A program made the position numbers and the translations under genes. Below the pieces are notes generated by a model. That model made no database searches. It was not told the origin of the DNA and saw nothing but the letters and a program-made list of their open reading frames with translations. From Candidatus Tectimicrobiota bacterium (GTDB lineage: Bacteria > JACPUC01): a stretch of DNA of 64,000 bases. The stretch spans positions 186,001 to 250,000 of the forward strand of contig JACPUC010000008.1 in NCBI GenBank assembly GCA_016192455.1. Direction: 5' to 3'. Shown in pieces: positions 58,165-64,000 of the stretch (position 1 is the first letter of the stretch; every line of letters begins with the position of its first letter).

Positions 58165-59641
58165 TGATGTCGAAGATTGACGACCAGTTCAGGGGGCGAA
58201 GATTGGTGTCGCCGCCGACGTGCCTCGCCAGGACCTCCGCGGTGGTGCGGGCCTGGGGTTTGTAGTAGACGATACTGGAGGTCCAGTCGTCGCGCTCATG
58301 GCGGTCGAAGCGCTCGACGGGATAGCCGGCGCCCTTGAGGCGTTGCAGCACCTCCCGTGCCGGTTGCTGGGTGCGGGCTCCACTGAGCACCTTGATCCGC
58401 AGAGGCCCGCCCGGCCGCACCGAGGCCTGCTCCTGAGGCCGCTCCGGGGGTGGCGCCGGGGGCTGTTCCGTTACGGCAGGGGCCGCGGGTGCGGCGTCCT
58501 CGGGCTTCACCGCAGGGGCGGGAGAAAGGGCGCGCGTCATCGAATCGGCCGCTTCTCCAGCGGCGGCGGCAGGCGACGCCTGCGCGCGCCTCCTGGAGAC
58601 TTCGGCCAGAAGCTCCCTGCGCCGCTCGAGGTAGGCCGCCTCCGCGCGGCTCAGGAAGACCGCCGCGTCAATGGCCACCAGCTCTTGATCCACGTACCCC
58701 AGCTTGGCCGCCAGGGTTGCCAGGGTGTCGTGGAACGCGAGTTGCGTCGGATCAAGGCGGAGCGCCTGCCGGACCAGGCGCAGCGCCGGTTCGAGCTGCA
58801 TCCCTTGCTGCGCGTAGAGCCACGCCAGGTTGTTGAAGGCGCCCGCGTAGGACGGGTCGGCACGCATCGCCTGCCGGTAGGCGTCGATCGCCTCCTCGAT
58901 CTTCCCAGCCTTGGCGCGCGCGCCTCCCAGGCGGTCGAGGAGGGGGGCCTTCGCGCTGCTGCCCCGCAGCATCGCGACATAGAGATCAGCGGCGCGATCG
59001 AACTCTCCCGATTCTTCCTGCGCCCGGGCCAGGTACTGGCGCGCCAATGCGCGCGTCGGGTTGAGACGCAGGTCGCGCTCGAAGTGCTCGACGGCGCGGC
59101 GATACTCCCCGGCCTGGAGGGCCTCGATCCCTTGACGCAGAGCACGATCGCTGGACTTGCGCAGGAGCACGAAGCCGAAGGGGGTTTCGAGAGGCTGGCT
59201 GACGGCCCCCAGGGGAAGCTCCGACGCGAGGCCGCGCAACGCCGGCGCCAGGAGCGAGAGAGGCAGGGCGCCGATCCGCCCTCCCTGCGCAGCATTGGGC
59301 CCGATGCTGTACTGGCGGGCTAAGTCGGCGAAGGAGGCGCCGCCCCGGAGCATCTCCGCCAGGCGCTCGGCCTCGGCGCGGCTGCGAACGACGAGAAGCT
59401 GGTACGAGAAGTCTGTCGCCTCCTGCGCGCCCGCCGCGGCCGCTCCGATCAGTGAACCGAGGAGGCGCAGCGGCGGCGTTCCGCCCGCCGCGAGCGGCAG
59501 AAGAAAGGCGACGACAAGGAGTCCCTGGAGGAGGGCGCGCAGGCGGTGGAGCGCGGTCAGACGCAACGCTGAGTTCTCCATGGGAGTGCCCATCAGAACC
59601 GTCCTCCGCGTGCGGCCTCTGCTACCCTTCCTGCCGATCAC
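58136..59641 (-). CDS. Rotamase (PPIase) + TPR + LytR_C-like domain protein
   Basis: GASFADLARQYSIGP..QGG, VSQPLETPFGF; AFNNLAWLYA, HDTLA; IKVLSG...SIVYY...DIIIVVG; start may be 59581. Confidence 0.8.
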   Translation of the reverse strand: MIGRKGSRGRTRRTVLMGTPMENSALRLTALHRLRALLQGLLVVAFLLPLAAGGTPPLRLLGSLIGAAAAGAQEATDFSYQLLVVRSRAEAERLAEMLRGGASFADLARQYSIGPNAAQGGRIGALPLSLLAPALRGLASELPLGAVSQPLETPFGFVLLRKSSDRALRQGIEALQAGEYRRAVEHFERDLRLNPTRALARQYLARAQEESGEFDRAADLYVAMLRGSSAKAPLLDRLGGARAKAGKIEEAIDAYRQAMRADPSYAGAFNNLAWLYAQQGMQLEPALRLVRQALRLDPTQLAFHDTLATLAAKLGYVDQELVAIDAAVFLSRAEAAYLERRRELLAEVSRRRAQASPAAAAGEAADSMTRALSPAPAVKPEDAAPAAPAVTEQPPAPPPERPQEQASVRPGGPLRIKVLSGARTQQPAREVLQRLKGAGYPVERFDRHERDDWTSSIVYYKPQARTTAEVLARHVGGDTNLRPLNWSSIFDIIIVVGNPKG

Positions 59642-59815
59642 GCGCCGCGCCGCTCAGCGAGGGCCGGCGGCAACGCCGCCTCCCCTCCCCGCCACCCCGG
59701 TTCCCCAGCAACCCCGCATCTCCCAGCGGCAACGTTACGCCGGGAGGCTGCCGAGAGAGCCACGTCCTCCGTCGAGGCGCAACCCTTTCCGGGCAGCTCG
59801 AGCCTCTCTCCCACC

Positions 59816-61414
59816 TCAGGGGGTCCTCAGCTCTACGTGGTACTGCCCGAGGATCACGCCGGTGATCTGCGCCAGGGCGATCTGCGCCTTGTTGTAGTCG
59901 ATGATGGCCAGCAGCTCATTGCGCCGCGACGTGGCGAGGTCCTCCTGGAACTCCAGGACGTTGAAGCTCGTTGACAAGCCAACGTTGAAGCGCTTCTGCT
60001 CCGCTTCGAGCTGCTGTTCGGCGAGCCTGCGCGCAATGCGCGTGGAGGCGATGCGTTTGCTGCCCGTGGTGAGCCGGCGCACCGCCTCATTGACCTGGCG
60101 CACCACCTCCTGCTCGAGGTCCCGGATCTGCAGCTCGGCGCGCGCCAGCTCCAAGCGGGCGCGGCTGGCCTCGCCGCGGGCCGTCCGGTTGCCCAGCGGC
60201 AGCTCGAAGTTGAGCCCAACGCTAAACTGGTAGAAATCGCCGGTGCGCAGACGATCGAGGGAGTCACCGAAATCGCCTTCGAAGGGAGAGACTCCCGCCT
60301 GGGTTTCCCCCGCAAGGCCGTTGAGGCCCACGCTTGCCTGCAGGTCCAGAGCGGGGAGCAGGCGGTTCCGCTGCACTCTGGCATTGAGCCGCAAGTTGTC
60401 GAGATCGAGCCGCCGCAGGGTGAGGTTGGGCTGGTTCTGCAAGGCGAGGGCAATCTGCGCCTCCAGCTCGACCGAGCGCTCCTCGAACTTCGGCTCATCG
60501 GAGGGAACGATCAGGAGGTTGGAGACGAGCGAGTTCCCGAACACGTTCATGACGCGCAGCAGCCGATCGATGGCGTCGGCAACGGCCTTCTCGCCGATGA
60601 TGACCTCCTCCTCACGCTGCGCCGCGCGCGTCTGCGCCTGCAGAATCTCGATGGGCGCCATCGTCCCCACCTCCACCTGCGCCCGGTTGATCTCCACCAG
60701 CTCCCTGGCCAGTTGCAGCGATTGGCGCCGCACCGCCAGGTCGCCGCGGGCGAAGACCACGTCCCAGTACGTGTCGCGCACCAGCGCCACGATCTCCATG
60801 ACGCGCTGGCGGAACGCCTCGGCCGAGATGACGCGGTTCGTCTGCGCGACGATGATACGGCTGCGCGTCACTTCGCGGCCGAAGTTGCGAAGCAGCGGCT
60901 GGGTCAGGCTGAGATCAAGGCTGGGGGCGTAGCGGGGCCGGAAGTTCTGAAACCCCTGGGTGCTCTCCAAGCGGTTGGCGCTGAACTCCAGCTCGACGGA
61001 GGCGCCGAGGTCCAAGCGCTTGCGAACCCCGGCGTTGAAGTCGAGATTCTCCTCATCAATCTCGAGCTGCTGCGCGCCGGCCCCAACTCGGCTGAGGGCG
61101 GAACTTACCGGCACGACGGTGCGGCGCAGCGCCGGCCCGGCAAACAGCCGCGGATCGAACTCCCCCTGCGCCGCCTCGAGGTTGGCATCCGAAATCTCGA
61201 CGCTGGTGCGCTCGATCGAGATGCTCAGATTATTGCGCAGGGCCAGCTCCATGGCCTGCTCGATGGAGAGCGGCAGGGTCACCTCTGGTCGGTCCGGCGG
61301 CGAGGAGGGGAGGGGCGGGCTAAACTCCCGGCCCTCCACGCGACCGGCTCCGCACACCGCCACGAGCAGGGTGACCAGCAGGAATCGCCCCAACAGTGCG
61401 CGCCCGATCTTCAT
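59816..61414 (-). CDS. TolC family outer membrane protein
   Basis: Signal peptide, ALRNN, LTQPLLRNFG, YWD, LPALDL, LPLGNR, EQKRFNVGLSTSF. Confidence 0.93.
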   Translation of the reverse strand: MKIGRALLGRFLLVTLLVAVCGAGRVEGREFSPPLPSSPPDRPEVTLPLSIEQAMELALRNNLSISIERTSVEISDANLEAAQGEFDPRLFAGPALRRTVVPVSSALSRVGAGAQQLEIDEENLDFNAGVRKRLDLGASVELEFSANRLESTQGFQNFRPRYAPSLDLSLTQPLLRNFGREVTRSRIIVAQTNRVISAEAFRQRVMEIVALVRDTYWDVVFARGDLAVRRQSLQLARELVEINRAQVEVGTMAPIEILQAQTRAAQREEEVIIGEKAVADAIDRLLRVMNVFGNSLVSNLLIVPSDEPKFEERSVELEAQIALALQNQPNLTLRRLDLDNLRLNARVQRNRLLPALDLQASVGLNGLAGETQAGVSPFEGDFGDSLDRLRTGDFYQFSVGLNFELPLGNRTARGEASRARLELARAELQIRDLEQEVVRQVNEAVRRLTTGSKRIASTRIARRLAEQQLEAEQKRFNVGLSTSFNVLEFQEDLATSRRNELLAIIDYNKAQIALAQITGVILGQYHVELRTP

Positions 61415-61865
61415 GGTCCGCTCGTATGCTCCACGCTGAACCTCGCTGAAGCACGAGGTTGGTCCAACTACCTGCCTCCGATTCTACCATATGTTGACCC
61501 TTGGGAGGAATGGTACACAACATCTTGATGCAACACAAGTCTCTTTTTGCGGCGCACGCAAAACTGCTCGGTCTCCCCCAGCAGCTTCCGGCAGCTCCTC
61601 TCAGCGGCCCGAGGCTATTCTAAGCGGTAACGTCCGCAACCGCAAAGGTGGGATCGAAAGGGGCGAGCTTCGGGGGTGCGACCCCCGCGCCCAACGGTCT
61701 CGCAGGCCTGCATCCGGGGCGACGCTGCCTGGTCGCGAGCTGGGTCGCGCCTGAACCGCGGGCATCTTTCGGGGGCCAAGCCGCCGGCGGCGGCAACCTG
61801 CCGAGCGGATTGAGGCTGACGCGTAGTCATGGGGCGCAGCGATGGCACGGACGAAGATTTTTCTT

Positions 61866-61912
61866 TTGACCAACGTCGAGGGTACTGGTATGATTAGTCA
61901 ACTAGTTGATTA
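61866..61912 (+). promoter_or_regulatory. Promoter with palindromic operator upstream of the UbiA operon
   Basis: TTGACC-17 nt-TATGAT with extended TG; TAGTCAACTAGTTGATTA palindrome at 61895-61912. Confidence 0.7.
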
Positions 61913-62114
61913 TCTGCAACGGCATGACCCGAAACAGCGCTAAGTGCGGGGGAGTTGGAGTGTGCCCCGCGGCAGCGTCACGTCTGGCCGCGAGTCCCGC
62001 CGGCGCGGGGCTGGATGAGGGTGGCCGCAGGCTGGCGCGGGCGGGCCCCGACCGTCCCTTTGCGCTCGCGCCGTTGGCGGCGCTCCTCTGCAACCGCGCT
62101 GCGGAGAAGGCCAC

Positions 62115-63071
62115 ATGCACTCGAGTACCTTCGTGAGCTCCACCCGCACGCCACTGCTGACCTGGAAAGCGCTCCTCGGTCTTTCGCGCACCGTGCAGGC
62201 GTCGCTGAGCATGGCGCAACCGATCCTCGGAGCGCTGGTGGCCTTGCTCGCCGTCCCCACGTGGCGGCAGGTGATCCTCGGCTTCATCGCCGTCTGGGCG
62301 GGGAACCATGCGGCGTTTGCCACCAACGACCTGCTTGACTACCAGATCGACCGGCGGCGCTTCGAGCAGCAGCGCGCCCTGCGGGGGTTCGACATCGACG
62401 CCACGATCGTGCGCCACCCCATCGCCCAGGGCTACCTGTCGCCGCGGCTGGCCCTGGGGTGGGTGCTCGTCCTCAGCGCCGTCACCCTGGTGTGCGCCAC
62501 CCTCCTCAGCCCGATGGCCGCGCTCACCTTCGTGGTGGCGATGCTCCTCGAGGTCACCTACTGCAAGCTCCTCACCGTGACCCCCTGGAAGTTCCTCATC
62601 ACCGGCGTGATGGTGGCCACCGGCGGGACGGCTGGCTGGTTCGCCGTGCGCAGCAGCATCGACTGGCCGGTCTTCCTCGCGTTCTTCGTCTGGATGGGGG
62701 CGTGGGAGATCGGCGGGCGGAACATCGTCAACGACTGGTCCGACGTCGAGGAGGACCGCCGCCTCGGCATTAGGACGATGCCGGTGGTGTACGGCTTCAA
62801 AGTGTCGGCGGCGCTCATCGTCTTCTTCCTGGTCCTCACCTTCGCGTCAAGCCTAGCCCTGGCAAGCGTCCTGGTCCTCCATCGTTCGTTCCTGATCGCC
62901 GCCGTGGTCATCGGCGCCTATGCGCTCCTCCTCCCCGGCCTGCGGCTGCTGCGCGATCCGCAGCCGGAACGCGCCCTGGAGTTATTCAACCGCGCCAGCT
63001 TCTACCCCGCGGCGATGCTGGCGGCCCTGCTCGGCGTCCTCTACCTGCCAGCGTTGTTCAGCGCGCCCTGA
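62115..63071 (+). CDS. UbiA family prenyltransferase
   Basis: NDLLDYQID and NDWSDVEED Asp-rich motifs, RHPIAQG, multiple TM helices. Confidence 0.9.
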   Translation: MHSSTFVSSTRTPLLTWKALLGLSRTVQASLSMAQPILGALVALLAVPTWRQVILGFIAVWAGNHAAFATNDLLDYQIDRRRFEQQRALRGFDIDATIVRHPIAQGYLSPRLALGWVLVLSAVTLVCATLLSPMAALTFVVAMLLEVTYCKLLTVTPWKFLITGVMVATGGTAGWFAVRSSIDWPVFLAFFVWMGAWEIGGRNIVNDWSDVEEDRRLGIRTMPVVYGFKVSAALIVFFLVLTFASSLALASVLVLHRSFLIAAVVIGAYALLLPGLRLLRDPQPERALELFNRASFYPAAMLAALLGVLYLPALFSAP

Positions 63072-63166
63072 GCCTCCCTGCCCTCCCGCGCCACGGCGGC
63101 GGGGGCGCCCCGTGCCGCAGAGGGAGAGGCGAGCGGCAAGGCTGGCAACCCGCGCGAGGTGAATCG

Positions 63167-64000
63167 ATGGCGGAGAAGACGGAGTATGACGTCATCATCG
63201 TGGGGGGCGGGCACAACGGGCTGACCTGCGGCGCGCTGCTGGCGCGGGCCGGGCTGGACGTCCTGGTGCTCGAACGGCGCCACAATATCGGCGGCGGCTG
63301 CTGCACCGAGGAGGTGACGCTGCCGGGGTTCCGGCATAACCTGCACTCGCAGGGGCACGTCTGGATGGTGCGGGGACCGGTCTACCGGGCGCTGCAGCTC
63401 GACAAACTCGGCGTCCAGTACGTCTACCCCGATCCGGTCTACGCCATGGTCTTCCGCGATGGACGCAGCCTCTGCCTTTACAAGGACCTCGACCGCACCT
63501 GCGAACAGATCGCCCAGTTCTCGAAGCGCGACGCCGACGCTTACCGCGAGCACTACCAGCGTTTCGAAGCGCTGCGCCGCCTGGTCATCTCCTCGTGGTA
63601 TGCGCCGCCGCTGCCGCCCTCGAAGCTCTTTGCGTCGCTGGAGGGGACCGAGGACGGCATGCGGGTGCTGCAGATGATGAACATGTCCACGGAGCGCGTC
63701 TGCCATGAGCTCTTCGAAGATGAGGCGGTGAAAGCCTGGATTCTCCTCCTGGCGATGCAGGGCGGCAACCCCCTCGACCTGAGCGGCACGGGGGTGTGGC
63801 TGACGGTCCTCGTCTCCGGTTTTCACGAACGCCCCTGGGGGATCTGCGTGGGCGGCTCGCGGCAGCTCGCCGAAGGCCTGCAGAAGGCCCTCGAGGCGGC
63901 GGGCGGCACGGTGCGCAAGCAGGCGCACGTGAGCCGCATCCTGGTGCAGCAGGGGGAGGCCCGCGGCGTCGAGCTGGCGGACGGCACACGGTACGCGGCG
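63167..64000 (+). CDS. Phytoene-desaturase-family FAD-dependent oxidoreductase (COG1233); runs off the window end
   Basis: Hand translation MAEKTEYDVIIVGAGHNGL...VLERRHNIGGG...LPGF; GAGGTG RBS; absent from the ORF track because it has no stop in the window. Confidence 0.88.
   Translation, partial: MAEKTEYDVIIVGGGHNGLTCGALLARAGLDVLVLERRHNIGGGCCTEEVTLPGFRHNLHSQGHVWMVRGPVYRALQLDKLGVQYVYPDPVYAMVFRDGRSLCLYKDLDRTCEQIAQFSKRDADAYREHYQRFEALRRLVISSWYAPPLPPSKLFASLEGTEDGMRVLQMMNMSTERVCHELFEDEAVKAWILLLAMQGGNPLDLSGTGVWLTVLVSGFHERPWGICVGGSRQLAEGLQKALEAAGGTVRKQAHVSRILVQQGEARGVELADGTRYAA

Noticed and set aside
62115-64000. Carotenoid biosynthesis cluster
   Set aside because: No phytoene synthase or cyclase in the window, and the oxidoreductase looks like the broad COG1233 group rather than CrtI; it cannot be assigned.

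Overview
High-GC (roughly 65-70%) chromosomal window from a diderm bacterium (TolC, TonB and O-antigen-ligase genes are present). The first ~27 kb is a divergently transcribed surface-glycan or glycoconjugate locus that is unusually rich in tailoring enzymes. It has three cobalamin-binding radical SAM proteins, two radical SAM-SPASM/twitch proteins, three SAM methyltransferases, GT2/GT4/GT39-like glycosyltransferases, a DUF115/Maf-like protein, an AsnB amidotransferase, an O-antigen ligase-TPR protein, a nucleotidyltransferase, an NMP-kinase-like protein and a winged-helix regulator with a visible operator. A perfect parS palindrome lies inside it. The remainder mixes metal homeostasis (CobW GTPase, ZIP, Ni/Co-type transporter) with an SDR, UbiD, COG0212, a YtfJ/GerW-like pair, an SplB-like radical SAM and archaeal/eukaryote-type proS. 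It also holds a class II GAPDH-like gene, a DUF815 ATPase with two heme-oxygenase-like diiron proteins, envelope genes (SPOR, bactofilin, TonB, PPIase-TPR, TolC), UbiA and a truncated phytoene-desaturase-family gene. Composite REP/BIME-like repeats, a 62-bp inverted repeat bracketing a low-GC gene and an internally deleted pseudogene are visible. No rRNA, tRNA, CRISPR array or transposase was recognised. All protein calls rest on motif recognition by eye, not on database searches.
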